From Eledone cirrhosa (taxonomy: Eukaryota), in NCBI GenBank assembly GCA_964016885.1, contig OZ024750.1, forward strand, positions 36,704,001 to 36,768,000: a stretch of DNA of 64,000 nt, in the 5' to 3' direction. This document shows, piece by piece, positions 63,712-64,000 of the stretch (positions are counted from its first letter, which is position 1; each line of letters starts with the position of its first letter). The notes under the pieces are model-generated. The model was not told where the DNA came from. It saw only the letters and a list, made by a program, of their open reading frames with translations, and did no database searches. Made by a program: the position numbers and the translations under genes.

Positions 63712-64000
63712 AAGGGCAATAAAGATAGATGGTAGCCACGGAGTAGGCAGACCCAGAAAAACCTGGGACGACCTGATAAATTCCGACCTCACACATTTAC
63801 ACCTCTCCAAGACAATGTCACTGGACCGAGATCTTTGGCGGTACTCAGTAATAGAGAAGACCCGCCTTGCCTAAATACAAAGTAAACCTACTACAGTCAG
63901 TAGGCATCTCTAACAAAATACGCCCCCGTCACACCACCCCCACCCAATTCACACCGCCCCTTTCAATGTAAAGTTACGTTGGTGCCACAACATCCAGGCC
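63712..64000 (+). mobile_element. RTE LINE 3' end (same family as 56505), running off the window
   Basis: RAIKIDGSHGVGRPRKTWDDLINSDL...DRDLWR, then family C UTR. Confidence 0.8.

Overview
This is AT-rich eukaryotic DNA packed with repeats. The repeat landscape (tRNA-headed SINEs, RTE/CR1/Tx1/R4-Dong LINE fragments, mariner, piggyBac and Helitron derivatives, many microsatellites) resembles a coleoid cephalopod (octopus-like) intron or intergenic region; the taxon is inference. I found no intact host protein-coding gene, rRNA, true tRNA or CRISPR array, and nearly all listed ORFs are microsatellite or transposon artefacts. The main unexplained signal is RNA structure. About a dozen minimal type I hammerhead ribozyme (HHR) motifs sit in short non-coding, (TA)n-flanked, Penelope/retrozyme-like elements, several of them as fold-back inverted duplications. 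Three further loci (22310, 41505, 55866) carry all the hammerhead core strands in a non-cyclic order (NUH strand, GAAA strand, CUGANGA strand) plus an extra clamp helix, with identical spacing and compensatory base changes. These are a candidate natural pseudoknotted hammerhead topology outside types I, II and III. All folding and alignment was done by eye, and repeat boundaries are approximate.
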